Positions 1 through 21,000 are shown, numbered from the stretch's first letter. The stretch is DNA of 64,000 nucleotides from the human T2T-CHM13v2.0 reference genome, Homo sapiens (GCF_009914755.1 NC_060941.1); one strand, 5' to 3'. The notes: a model not told the origin generated them from the letters alone. Numbers and translations are program-made.

Positions 1-420
1 CCTTGCAGGGAGCGCAAAGCAGAGAACAGAGGAGGCCCATCTGAGGAGAGTGTGCTGGAGCAGATGGGGCACACAGAGAGCCCCCAAACCTGAGCCTCAC
101 CTGGAGAGTGGCTCCCTGCAAGCTGAGCCCCTGTGTGCCCAGAAGTGACATAGGCATTCAGGAAAGGGACTGAGGGAGGAAAGAAGGAGCCATTCCTCTT
201 CCCAGGGGCGCCTGCCCTGGGTTCCTGAGGGAGGCTCCATGTTTACATCTCCAAAGGCCAGTCCCAAACACGCCAGAGTGCAATGCCCTCCCTCAGACCC
301 AGGGCCATCCTCGGAGCAGCCGGGAGGCAGCCTGTCCACTCTTACCGCAGGCAGGTCACCCAGGCAGCCTCCTCTTAGAGCTCCTGAATTCTGGAGCATC
401 AAATAGAAATGTGAAAAACA

Positions 421-727
<307 letters not shown>

Positions 728-1380
728 TTAATGTGACAAAATGTTAACAATGGGTGAATGTAGGTAAGAGTATGTGGCAGGGTGTTTTTTCTTCTTGCAA
801 ATTTTGTGTAGGTTTGACGTTACCTCAGAATAGCAAATATAAGAATGATTCCTGCAGACACACGAGTGATTTCAGCTGTTCACAGGGCTCAGGCAGGAAG
901 CAGATCTCTTGCCCTCCCTCTGATCCAGGTCACTTAGTCCAGTCCCTGAAAGCAGTGGATGGACAACCATGCCACCCTCTTTCTTCCAATACACCTTATT
1001 TTGTATCCTGCCCTTTTTGTGTAGCATTAGATCATGAGCATTTTCCTCTGCTATAAATGTCCCCTCAAATATGTTGTTTCTTGTGACTCCCTAGTGTTCT
1101 ACCCATGATTTCCTCAGCTGCTCCACCTTGGTGGAATTCAGTGATTCTTCTGCCTTTTCACCATTGTAAGTGATGCTTTGATGAACAGCTTTGTAGGTTC
1201 ATCTGTGCTGCACCTCTGACCAGTCTCTTCTGGAAGAGTCTAAGGAAGGAGACAGAGGCATGGACCACTGGCTTTTGAAGGCATTCGGTGGGTCCTGCCA
1301 CGCCGCCTTCCAGCATTCCAGAAAGGTGGTCCCAGTGAACAACTCACCAGGGCGGGGCCCCACTCCACGGCACCCCAGCA

Positions 1381-1610
<230 letters not shown>

Positions 1611-2610
1611 TTAGAATAATCTTGTACATGTTATTAACTTTAATTTTGCATGTAACTTTCTTAAAATGATTAAACTTTTCTCAGCATATTCTCATCATTA
1701 AATATTATTTAAAACATTATTTTAAGGTTAGATAGTATTTTATCATATAAATAATTCATATTTACTAGTCCCCTGTTGTTGAACATATATGTATTATTGA
1801 ACCTTTATGTTCTTTCCAGTCTTTCAATATTCAAATACTTTTTCATCTCTTTCTTATTACTTACTTAGGAAAAATTTCTAGATGTGGAATTACTGAGTCA
1901 GAGGATAAATATTTTAAAGACTTCTAACATATTCAGCCAGATTGCCCTTCAGAAATATTATACCAATTTGTTCCAGCAGTCATGAGAACACGCACTTCCC
2001 TGAGCTCTTGCCAGCACTTGATATTATATTGTTATTGCCTTCCAATCTGTTAATCGTTTCTTTTTCCTTCTTTTTACCCTTTTTGCTTGGAAATATCTTC
2101 CCTAGCCCAAGATCAAATAAACGATAACTTTTCTCATTTAAAAAAATAATTATTTAATCAGTCTAGAATTTGGTTTTTGATATAAGAATCGTGATGATTG
2201 TATGATATTCTGCCCACCAACCAGAGCAGTGCTGGAGAGGTGCAGAGATGGCCTCCTGTTTCCTGTTTCCTCCAAGTTCTGGGTCTGTGATTTAGGGATC
2301 TGCTGCTGAGAGAGGTTCAAAACATCTTCCCCACCTTATTTCATGGACTGTCATTGTTTCAAGAAGCAAATTATACCATCAGCTCCAGGAAGATTTTCTC
2401 CACTGCTTCATCTGTTTTAAGATCAGTCCACTGCAACCTGATTCTGCATTCTGCCATCTGATGGGCTTCGTGGTGGGTCATGTGAGGAGTTTCTATTTTT
2501 GTCTGTGTTCTAAATTTGCAGGTATTTTATTGAAAGTATAAAAGTAATTTTAATAGAAGTTACTAGCCAGGCTTTGCATTAGGTTTTAATATCTTGTAGA
2601 ATAAGAATAA

Positions 2611-2895
<285 letters not shown>

Positions 2896-3994
2896 TAATC
2901 TCCCATGTGGCCCTTTTTGAAGTTCTTCCCTAGTCACTCATCTCTCTCTTTTATTATATTTATATATTTATTATATTTATTTATTTATTATTTTGATTGA
3001 CATTTGCATTATATGTATTAACGAGAAGTAATTTTGCATCTGAAAAATGTCTTATTTTTTCCTCATCATAAAATTACATGTTCATTACAGAAGATTTAGA
3101 AAATACAGAAAAGTATAAAAAAGAAAAGTATTACCTTTAATCTTACCACTTGGAGGAAAAAAACTGCAAACATTTTGCTGTCTGTCCTTTCAGATTTTTT
3201 CTTAGTTTATACATGTTTGAGCATGCATAAAACTTGCATTGATATGATTATGATATTTCATCTTCCTATCCAGAAGAATAGAGTATGTCTTTCCACATTC
3301 CATTACAAAGAACCAGTTGGATTCATTTATTTATTCCACTGTTAATCTGTTTTGATTAATTCTTGTATCCTACTTCTTGGACATTTCTTTGATTTCTCAC
3401 TAGTTTCTTGAGTAAAATTGTTTGTTCGTTTCACTTTCTTCTTTCTTGATTGATAATGAAAGCATTTAAAGATATGAATTTGACTTTTCTTATGGCTTTG
3501 GCTAAATAGAGACAATAAAATCTAGAAACTTCTGAAATAAATTAAACCTAATTTAGAGAAAAAAGGAAAGTGTACATTTTCCATAGAGTACAAGGCACAA
3601 CATAAATGTTTAAAATTAAGCTGTTATTAATATTATAAAATCAAGTTACTATTCATGTATCGATATCTTATTGCATGCTAGCTAGAATTATCAAATACTA
3701 ACAGCAGGACAAAAAAGTCCTCACTAGTAATTTTAGGTGAGAGTTTGAGGTAAAGATGTGGGCATGATATCATATAGGGTTGCTTTCATATCTATCAAGA
3801 CCTTAGGTCTGTGATTTTGTGCTTTCTTATATGCACAGAAACTGATTTGTAATTGCAGTGAACTTGTAACATACTAATCCTCCTGCCTTTTTACATTACC
3901 ATAGAAAACGCGAAACCCAAACCTCCTAATCAAACTGATAGCTTCTTTTATCTCTACCTCAGAATATCAACTATAATGATATATATAATTTTGG

Positions 3995-5004
3995 GTCTGC
4001 CACAGGGGCAGAGTCCTCATGGAGAACCTCTGCTAGAGCAGGGTAGAAGTGAAATGTGGGGTTGGAGCCCCCATACAGGGTCTCCGCTGGGGCACTGCCT
4101 AGCAGAGCTGTGAGAAGAGGGCCACCATCCTCCAGACTCCCGAATGGTAGATCCATCAACAGCTGTACCATGTGCCTGGAAAAGCTGCAGTCACTCAATG
4201 CCAGCCTGTAAAAACAGCAGTGCCGCAGGGACAGAGCTGCCCAAGACCTTGGGAGCACACATCAGAATGCCCTGGATGTGAGATATGGAGTCAAAGGAGA
4301 TAATGTTGGAGCTTTAAGATTTAATGACTCCCCTACCAGATTCTGGACTTGCATGAGGCCCATTGGCCCCTTTGTTTTGGCCAATTTCTCCCGTTTGGAA
4401 TGGGAACATTTACCCAATGCCTGTACCTGTACCCGCATTGCATCTTGGAAGTCACTAACTTGCTTTTGATTTTACAGGCTCGTAAGTGGAAGGGACTTGC
4501 CTTGTCTCAGATGAGACTTTGAACTTGGACTTTTGGGTTAATGCTGGAATGAGTTAAGACTTTGGGGGACTGTTGGGAAGGCATAATTGGTTTTGAAATG
4601 TGAAAAGGGCATGAGATTTGGGAGGGACCAGTGTCAGAATGATATGGTTTGGCTCTGTGTCCCCACCCAAATCTCATCTTGAATTTTAATCCCCATGTGT
4701 CAAGGGAGGGACCTGGTGGGAGGTGATTGGATCATGGGGGTGGTTTGCCCCATGCTCTTCTCATGATAGTAAGTGAGTTTTCATGAGGTCTGATGGATTC
4801 ATAAGTGGCAGTTTCCCCTGCTCTCCCCTCTCTCCTGCTGCCTTGTGAAGAAATTGCCTGCTTCCCCTTTGCCTTCCATCATGATTGTAAGTTTCCTGAG
4901 GCCTTCGCAGCCATGCAGAACTGTGAGCCAATTAAACCTCTTTTGCTTATATATCACCCAGTCTCAGGTATTCTTTAGAGCAGTGTGAAAATGAACTAGT
5001 ATAC
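3995..5004 (+). mobile_element. MaLR THE1(D-like) internal fragment plus 3' LTR (LTR ~4640-5004)
   Basis: LTR begins TGATATGGTTTGGCTCTGTGTCCCCACCCAAATCTCATCTTG and ends ...GTGAAAATGAACTAGTATAC; upstream is typical THE1/MST-int (GGAGAACCTCTGCTAG, GAGAAGAGGGCCACCATCCTCCAGA). Confidence 0.85.
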
Positions 5005-5329
5005 GTGAATTCAAATGATAATACTTAAGAGACTCATGTCCAAAAGATAACAGGAGCAGTTTTAGAACAAAACTATAATGAAGGATCTAAAGTGCTGTAC
5101 TGGGTTCTCTTGACTTACCCAGTGTGCAATGTTATGACCTTGGGCAGGCCCCTTTACACTGTGCAACGTGGGATTCAAATGCGATGGTGGATGGAACCTT
5201 GTCCTGAACCTAATTCCATGGGAAGCATTTAACATTTCATCATGACATATGTTTGTTGTAGGCATTTGGTACATACCTTTTATTACCTCATGGAAGTATT
5301 CTGCTAAGAGGGGTCTGGTTTGTTTGTGG

Positions 5330-5647
5330 TTTTTGGTTTGTTTGCTTGCTTGTTTTTTAGAGAGACAGGGTCTCATTCTGTCACCTCAGCTGGAATTCAG
5401 TGTTGTGATCCTCACCCACTGCAGCCTTCAACTCCTGAGTTCAAGCGATCCTCCCACCTCAGCCTCCTGAGTAGCTGGGACTGCAGGCACATGCCACCAT
5501 GCCTGTTAAATTTTTTGATTTTTTTTTTTCAGAATGGGGGTCTCACTCCATTGCCCAAGCTGGTCTCAAACTGTTAGCCTCTAGTGATCCTCCCACCTTG
5601 GGCTCCCAAAGAGCTGGGATTACAGGTGTGAGCCACTGTACCCAGGC
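5330..5647 (-). mobile_element. AluJ-like
   Basis: Diverged antisense Alu with (TTTG)n-derived tail. Confidence 0.85.
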
Positions 5648-5834
5648 AAAAGATAACTTTGGAACACCACCTGAGAATGTTACTTACAATGAATCCTGTC
5701 CTCATTCTCATTTACTTATTTGGATGGAGTTTCCTGAAATTTGTCTCACTATCATCTAGGATCCTTTTTCTTTCTCCAACTGGGAGATTGTGTCTGGTTT
5801 GGAAACTGCAAGCCCTGTTCAGGAAAAGGGAAAA

Positions 5835-6155
5835 GACCCAAGGCACACACCCAGTCCCCAGGTGATCATCAGGCCCAGGTGAAAACTCAGGCCTTAGGTG
5901 CACCTCCGGCCTCAGGTGGACACCCAGGCCCCAGGTGATCACCAGTCCCCAGGTGGACACAAGGCCTTAGGTGAACAACAAGACCCAGTAGGCCATCAGG
6001 CCCCAGCTGGATACAGTCCCCAGGTGAACACAAGGCCCCAAGAGGGACATAGGCCAAGGCAGACATCAGGCCCCAGGTGGACATCAGGCCTGAGGACGAC
6101 ATCTGGCCCCTGGTGAACATCAGGCACAGGTGTCCAAGCAGAGCCTGGGTGGACA
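5835..6155. repeat. Degenerate ~18-bp minisatellite (CAGGCCCCAGGTGGACAC-like), ~17 units
   Basis: Recurring (C/T)AGGTG core about every 18-19 bp. Confidence 0.85.
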
Positions 6156-6357
6156 TAACTGTGTACGGGTCAGGAGATGACCTGAGGGGAGGGTGAGTAG
6201 TCAGTAACCCAGTGGAGTCCTGAGTAGGCTTATGGAAGGAAGGGGCCTAGGGGACAGAACCGTAAAGAAGCGACCTCACTTCCTCGATGATGACACACAC
6301 GAAGAGAACTTAGAACTCTGGTAACCAGGCACCCATATCCTAGAGTCAGCGCCGTAA

Positions 6358-7379
<1,022 letters not shown>

Positions 7380-7536
7380 CAGGTGGGCAGGGGTTGAGGG
7401 GACCAGGAGGTGGCTCCAAAGGGTACAGCAAGGAAAGCTTTTAAAGACAGCTGTTGTGCTCCAGGCTCTCCATGCCACCACCTGCCCTAGCATTTATTAA
7501 TAGTGTTAGAATTACAAGTTTATGAAATGAAATATA

Positions 7537-7655
7537 AATAAAGTTTGATTTCTGAAACTTCTCACCTTTTTGAACTCCCTAATGTTAGATGGTGTTTTTG
7601 AGGCTATCCTGAAAATCTCGGATAGTTGTGTCTTTTGTTGTGGTTGTTTGTGTGG
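7537..7655 (+). terminator. Polyadenylation signal of CDRT15L2
   Basis: AATAAA 7537-7542 with GT-rich tract ~7625-7655. Confidence 0.6.
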
Positions 7656-7867
7656 CTGAATTACCATCGAGTCATCTGTTATTGGAAACCTTTCAGGTAT
7701 GGCTTTTAGAAGACCTTGACCCACTCTTGCCTGTTTTGACTCTCTGGTTTATTGTGGAAAGAGGGATGATGTAGGCTCATGTCTCCGGCAGATCAATCAC
7801 CTTTTGCCATCAAGGATTTGGCATCAGAGTTTCCAAGAATTATGTGTGCAAATTGACATGCTGGTAC

Positions 7868-8212
7868 TTTAGCTAATCTGGGTGTCAAAACAGAATGCCA
7901 TAGACTAGGTAGCATAGAAAATTGATTTCTCACAGTTCTGGAGATGGTAAAATCCGAGGTCAAATGGTCAGCAGATTCCGTGTCTGCAGAGGGCTGGCTT
8001 CCTGGTTCATAGACAGCCATCTTTTTACTGTGTCTTTACATGACAGAAGGGGTGAGGGAGCTCTCTGCAGTCCCTTTGATAGGGACACCAATTCCATTCA
8101 TGAGGTCCCTGCCTTCATGAACCGAATCACCTTCCAAGGCCCCACCCCCAAATACCATCACATAGAATCCAACGCATGAATTTGAGGAGGACAATAACAT
8201 TTGCTTTATAGA
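7868..8212 (-). mobile_element. Old MaLR LTR (MLT1/MST-like)
   Basis: TTTCTCACAGTTCTGGAG...AATACCATCACAT...ATGAATTTG motifs. Confidence 0.65.
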
Positions 8213-8329
8213 ATCAGGTCACCCCGAGCCATATGCACTCACAGGAAATCTATAATCTTCTATTAAGTATTTGCTGGTCCCCTCTGGGGATTGTCTAAAC
8301 AAAATTGTCTAAACAAAAATTTAGACAAT

Positions 8330-15152
<6,823 letters not shown>

Positions 15153-15410
15153 AAAAGTACTCATTTTTTATTCATCAATAATTAGTAATCTGACTCGTTT
15201 CAAAAATTTGGTTATTATTGACAACCTCTTTGAAGATCCATTTCACAAACTCAACAGAGTGCCACGATTAAGAGCTAGGGATCCCCCAAACTATCTCAAG
15301 CATCTAAAAAATTGCCATTTTTTAAAGGCTTAAATTGTAGTAGTAAAGGGGGAAAAAACCCATAAATCATCTAAAAAATTGCCATTTGTAAAGGCTTAAA
15401 TTGTGTGTGT

Positions 15411-15412
<2 letters not shown>

Positions 15413-15440
<28 letters not shown>
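15413..15440. repeat. (CA)n microsatellite
   Basis: ~14 CA units. Confidence 0.95.
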
Positions 15441-15442
<2 letters not shown>

Positions 15443-15469
15443 CATTGACCTTTCTTAAGACTTCAGAGG

Positions 15470-16110
15470 GTGGAACTTCCGGATGTGACCACAGAGAGGG
15501 AGAGACCGGGAACGCGGAGCGCGGCCACCAGCACCCCCGAGCCGCCGCCGGACCCCCGCCGCCCCGGGCCGCCCCCCGCCCCCCGCGGTCCCAGGTCTGT
15601 GGGTCTGGGGACGGTTCGATTCCCCGCAGAGCCGGGGGAGGGACGGGGGCGCCCAGGGGAGGGGGCCTCGGGCGCCCCGCCCGCGCCTGCTGCCCCGTCC
15701 CGGCGGCAATGCGCTCCTGGCCGTGACCCCCGCTGGGGGCCGGGGCCGGGATCCATGCGCGGAGCCCCCACCCGGCCCGGCGCCTGCCGCTGACGGCGGC
15801 GGGGGTTGGGGGGCGCGCGTCTGGCCTCCTGCCCACCCCCTGGCGTCGACATCACGGGCCGTAGGGGTCTGCGGCCCCGGGCTGCGCCCTACCCCCCGGC
15901 CAGGCTCTGGAGGGACCCTGGAACTGCCGCCGGCCTCAGCCCATGGCCCGGAGGTACGATGAGCTGCCGCACTACCCAAGCATCGCGGATGGCCCCGCAG
16001 CCCTGGCTGGCTTCCCAGAGGCAGTGCCCGCGGCACCAGGGCCCTATGGCCCTCACCGGCCTCCCCAGCCCCTACCCCCAGGCTTGGACAGCGACGGCCT
16101 GAAGAGGGAC
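15470..16110. promoter_or_regulatory. CpG island carried in by the retrocopy 5' end
   Basis: Very GC/CpG-rich against AT-rich flanks; ETS-type ACTTCCGG 15475-15482; GC boxes (CCCCGCCC). Confidence 0.7.
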
Positions 16111-17019
16111 AAGGATGAGATCTATGGACACCCGCTCTTCCCCCTCTTGGCCCTGGTCTTTGAGAAATGTGAACTGGCTACATGCTCTCCCCGTGATGGG
16201 GCCGGAGCTGGGCTGGGGACACCCCGCGGCGGCGACGTCTGCTCCTCTGATTCCTTCAACGAGGACAACACTGCCTTCGCCAAGCAGGTTCGCTCTGAGA
16301 GGCCCTTCTTCTCCTCCAACCCAGAACTGGACAATCTGATGATCCAGGCCATCCAAGTGCTGCGGTTCCACCTGCTGGAGCTGGAGAAGGGAAAGATGCC
16401 CATCGACCTGGTCATCGAGGATCGGGATGGCGGCTGCAGGGAGGACTTCGAGGACTACCCAGCCTCCTGCCTCAGCCTCCCAGACCAGAATAATATATGG
16501 ATTCGAGACCATGAGGATAGCGGGTCTGTACATTTGGGGACCCCAGGTCCATCCAGCGGGGGCCTGGCCTCCCAGAGTGGGGACAACTCCAGTGACCAAG
16601 GAGTCGGGCTGGACACCAGCGTGGCCTCTCCCAGTTCTGGTGGAGAAGATGAGGACTTGGACCAGGAGCCACGGCGAAACAAGAAGAGGGGGATCTTCCC
16701 CAAGGTGGCCACCAACATCATGCGAGCCTGGTTGTTCCAGCACCTCTGGCACCCGTACCCCTCGGAGGAGCAGAAGAAACAGCTGGTGCAGGACACGGGG
16801 CTCACCATCCTGCAAGTCAACAACTGGTTCATTAATGCCCGGAGACGCATGGTGCAACCTATGATCGATCAATCCAACCGCATAGGGCAGGGTGCAGCCT
16901 TCAGCCCAGAGGGCCAGCCCATCGGGGGCTATACCGAGACAGAGCCACACGTGGCCTTCCGGCCTCCAGCATCAGTGGGGATGAGTTTGAACTTGGAAGG
17001 AGAATGGCATTATCTATAG
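15943..17019 (+). CDS. MEIS3P2: Putative Meis3-like TALE homeobox protein, intact 358-aa ORF
   Basis: GCCCATGG Kozak; MARRYDEL start, MEINOX HM1 ([18 protein letters not shown]), HM2 ([18 protein letters not shown]), TALE homeodomain with PYP loop and WFINARRR. Translation unproven. Confidence 0.7.
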
Positions 17020-18037
17020 AGGCTGATGCGGGAGAGACCCAGCCTCCGGCTGTGACCCCCAGCCTCACACCTGGCTCTGGTTCCCGCCTGGTCCTCCGGC
17101 TTCAGGACCCCACCTCCAAAGGCCTCTCCCCTCAACGCCTACCTCCCTAGGGCCCTGCTGGGACATGGGGGCCTGAGTGCCCACCCAAGGGGCTCTCAAA
17201 GACACCGGCAAGGCCTCCAGGCCCTGAGCCCCGCTTCTGCCTTCACCTCTGCCTGGGACCCGAGCTGGGCTCCTGGGCCTTGGTCCCCAGAAGATGGCAG
17301 CTAGGGCCTCGCCGCCAGGACAGAGAAGGGACAGGGTGGCTGGGCAGTCAGGGAAGGAGGGTCGCCCGGATCTGACATTTTGGAGAGATTCCTTCACCCT
17401 CCTGTCCCCCCCACCTCCCTTCTCTAATTTCTTCTTTTTTCAATGATAAAGTCTTAAAACACAGAAAAAAAAAGACTTCAGAGAATTAGGTAGATGAAGC
17501 ACTTTATACAGTATATATCTTCAGCTTAAATTTGTTTTGAGTATTTTTTTTTATTTTTAAGTAGGCAAAGATTTAAAATTTTTTATTTTTAGTAAATGTT
17601 TGAAGCAAACTAAAAAGACTTGGGCAATATTTACCAAAACAAAACAGAACCCAAAAAATTGTACATCTTGATCTTAGCAAATATCCTTATTGTAGAGACA
17701 TTTAATAAAGAGATGGTATTTTAATATCTGCAGTTCTGAGGTAGGGTGTAACTTAGTTCTACATTGTGATTTAGGAATTTTTAAACCTTTCTTCTTCAGG
17801 GGAGAAGTGACCCAGGCCTCGAGTTTAGTGCTAAAGCCACTAGTGTACTTATGCTGTCACCTAACCACCACATGCGACATGGAGGCAGAGGCTAAATATA
17901 GGGGCTTTCTTAAGAAAGTGAGAGGAAATTAGCAAGCATTATTAGTGTTTGACTACTGCTATCAAGTGAATTCAAAGGAAACAGGTTTTTATGCCATATT
18001 TAAGTTACAGAAACCGGCATGCTTAGAATAGTTTCTA

Positions 18038-18080
18038 AGGCGACAGAGTGAGACTCCATCTCAAAAAAAAAAAAAAAAAA
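18038..18080 (+). mobile_element. Extremely 5'-truncated Alu (~25 nt plus poly(A))
   Basis: GGCGACAGAGTGAGACTCCATCTC(A)n flanked by TSD AGAATAGTTTCTA 18025-18037 and 18081-18093. Confidence 0.9.
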
Positions 18081-21000
18081 AGAATAGTTTCTAGAGGTTA
18101 TTGGAGAATAGAAAGCTAAGAAAACTTGGTATACATTTACAATTGAAATATAATTACACTTTTTACTCTCAGAATATTATTCAGATTAGACTTCCTGTTT
18201 ATCTTTTATATTCTTGCATTGATATAATGCCTGATCCTTCAAAGTTCTTTCACATATTATATGATCTTCTTTATGAAAAAAAGTAGATGCTTTATTCTGA
18301 TATATTCAGTTTCCCACTTAGGCAAAAGTGGATTAATAGAATGATGAATTCAAAGTAGATGAGGAAAATCAGGCACAGAGAAGTAGAGGTAGGGACAGAC
18401 CCAAATTCACACAAGATAATGACATCGCCAGCGTTTAAGTTGATCATCAAAGGCTGGGCTGGATTTGTCTTGCTGTATGTGTCAGGAAATTTATACCTAT
18501 TACATTTTCCATTTTCTCAAAATAAGTCACATGATTGTAATGTTTAGCTGCAACTTTTCTCCTAACAAATAGTGTCATGAAGAATGTTATAGTGTGAAGT
18601 TTGTACATTTCAGGGTCAGTTATACAATGTGACCTCTTTATCTACGGGAATGAGAATGGAGGATCATTGAAAGCCATGATATAAACAAATTTGCATGTTG
18701 AAGCCTGTATAAAACATGGTACAGTGAGTGAATGCCCCCATCCCCAAGAACACTTTATACATATTAAATGGATATATGATTACTGTGCAAAAATTCATTC
18801 TGGAAATGAACATATATTTGAGCACTAATATGTAATGTACATCTTCTGCCCTAAGGAGAAAATAAATCATAAAACTTGTTTTACATTCAAAATTACTTTC
18901 CCGAGCATGTCTTAGAGTAATCTACGTGTTGATGTATGTAAATTGTATTTTAGGTAGGCAAAGAAACATCTGGTTATTTATGTAAAAAACTAGTCTAATA
19001 AAGTGAGTGGCTTTATCACTTTGAATCTTTAGTGTCTAAAAGTGGTGTTTAAAGTAATACTAGCACATCAGAAAACCTTGTGTGGACAAAACTAGTTCAC
19101 TCACTGCTTCTGCAACTGCAGTTCCTCCCCTTAGGGTTATAAAAAAAAAGGACCCAAATGTTACATGTGTTGATATTATGACTTGTCAGTTACTGATGTC
19201 TGTGGTATCCTACCCTCGTCTCTGAAGCGGATAATACTGAATAATTATTAGAAAACTACAAGACTTCACACTTTGTACCATTAAAACCTAAAATTTTAAT
19301 CCTATCCTTTTTTATTACAGATCAATCAGCACTCAGGAACAGAGCAGCAAGGAAAAAAAGGAAATTTCATTCATATGTTCTGTGTTCATATCTCTTCAGT
19401 ACCTAATTGTTCATTTAATTTCAGCCTTATTCCTTCATAAGGGGTTTTACCACATGAAGTCATCCGATGACCCTAGCTCTTATTGTGAAGTTAAAGATGA
19501 GTGGAGTATACTTACAAATGTTACAACTTAAAAATGTTACAAAACATTTATTAAAGCTCATATTTAAAGTAGAGCATCTAGTTTGAGAAGTAGACATCAA
19601 TTATTAAAGATGTCTTTTTTCTACCCATTTAACTAGTTAAAACCATGACGTGTAAATGTAGAAGTAGAATAATCATATGGAATTCCCTAAAATATTTCTG
19701 TTTACTAACATATATTGACCAAGTACATCAAGCAGGAGAGATCTTCCTTCATTCTGTTATAGTCCACATCATTCTAATTTTGCTCAGTTGTTATTAAGAG
19801 CATATTCCTAAACCATACACTTTTGTTTCAATAAAGTTTTATTTTGTTGAGATGAATAAAATATCAAAGTTAAAAGCTACATGAGACAAAAGTTCAATTG
19901 TTCAAAAAATTTACTGGGATAGCTTTCTATTATAGGTATTGTTAAATTATATTGCTCTGATAAGATTACTTTCTTTAAAAAGTTTGTACTTTTCTGTAAA
20001 TTGAAAGAATATGGAGTCATAAAATGGCAAGTGTTTTAGGGTTAGCCTAAAATTGGGCATTGTCATTGATTTCATAGACGGTATAAACTAGCAGGCTTAC
20101 AGCCTAATTCTTCTTTGGACTGGTCTTTGGCAGCAGTTCCTTTTCAGACTCAATAAACAGAATTCAGACAGATGTAAGTCAAAATAAAACTTTACAAAGC
20201 CAAGTGTATTATCTTTTGCATTAACCTATTTTTTCCATCATACATGCTACTAGTATGTGCATTAGCATGATATTCTCATATACATTGCATTAAAAATTAA
20301 AAGGTGGCAGCTCAGGGTGAGCTCTTCTGTCATTCATTTGTTCCTAAATTTTTAAGGGCTTTTTCTCAGTCAATATTTGTATAAACTGGGTAGTTTAACT
20401 TCATTACCCATTTCATTAAAGTTGATGGATTGTGATGAGATGCATTTAAGGCCAATAGTGACAGATTTTTTTTTAATCTGTTGAACACAAGCGTTGAATG
20501 ATAACTACAGGTTTTAAGTGCTGTTAACATTAATACCATAATGTGATGTGTTAGAACCAAAGGGATATTTTAAAGGTAGATATCTGAAAATTCTCTAGTC
20601 TCAATGTATATATGTATTGAATATACTCTAAAAATAAATGTGCAATTTGCTAGTAGGACAATGCAGTGATTAGCATTAGGTATGTTTCTTTTATATCCTA
20701 GCTATGTCCCACTTTCTTCTAAGTGCAATCCTTTCATGTTCACTTGCTGTTTTACCCCACCTACTCTAACATCAGTTGGAAGCCTTGTCTAGAGTACAGT
20801 ATGTGTTTTTACCTTTGCAGTGAATTGCATGTGCTAATTGTAACCACAGCTATTTTTATGTTGACATAACTCCAAGTGTTATATTAAATGTTCTATTTTA
20901 TATTAGCTCTAATCCCTTAAGTAAATTTTAAGAAATAAATTCTTGTTCAAAAAAAAAAAAAAGTGCTTCCTTGTCCTAAGGTCATGACAACTTTCATGTA

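Larger units (their letters stand above)
15469..17471 (+). pseudogene. MEIS3P2: Full-length MEIS3 retrocopy (5'UTR, CDS, 3'UTR, poly(A))
   Basis: Intronless; TSD AAGACTTCAGAG 15457-15468 and 17472-17483 at a TT|AAGA L1-endonuclease site; A-tail ~17465-17473. Confidence 0.9.
15153..20962 (+). pseudogene. IL6ST (gp130) 3'UTR retrocopy fragment, no CDS, interrupted by MEIS3P2
   Basis: AU-rich UTR-like sequence ending AATAAA 20934-20939 plus poly(A) 20949-20962; it reads continuously across the MEIS3 TSD; identity to IL6ST 3'UTR is from recall (e.g. GAGCTAGGGATCCCCCAAACTATCTCAAGCATCTAAAAAATTGCC). Confidence 0.72.

Noticed and set aside
5835-6155. CRISPR-like repeat array
   Set aside because: Eukaryotic context, degenerate tandem units, no unique spacers
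15299-15404. ~67-bp-period duplication (CATCTAAAAAATTGCCATTT..AAAGGCTTAAATTGT)
   Set aside because: Recalled as already present in the parental IL6ST UTR, so not a local event
15396-16950. Long antisense or alternate-frame ORFs over MEIS3P2 (e.g. 292 aa, 193 aa)
   Set aside because: Shadows of GC-rich coding sequence; non-ATG starts and no recognisable domains
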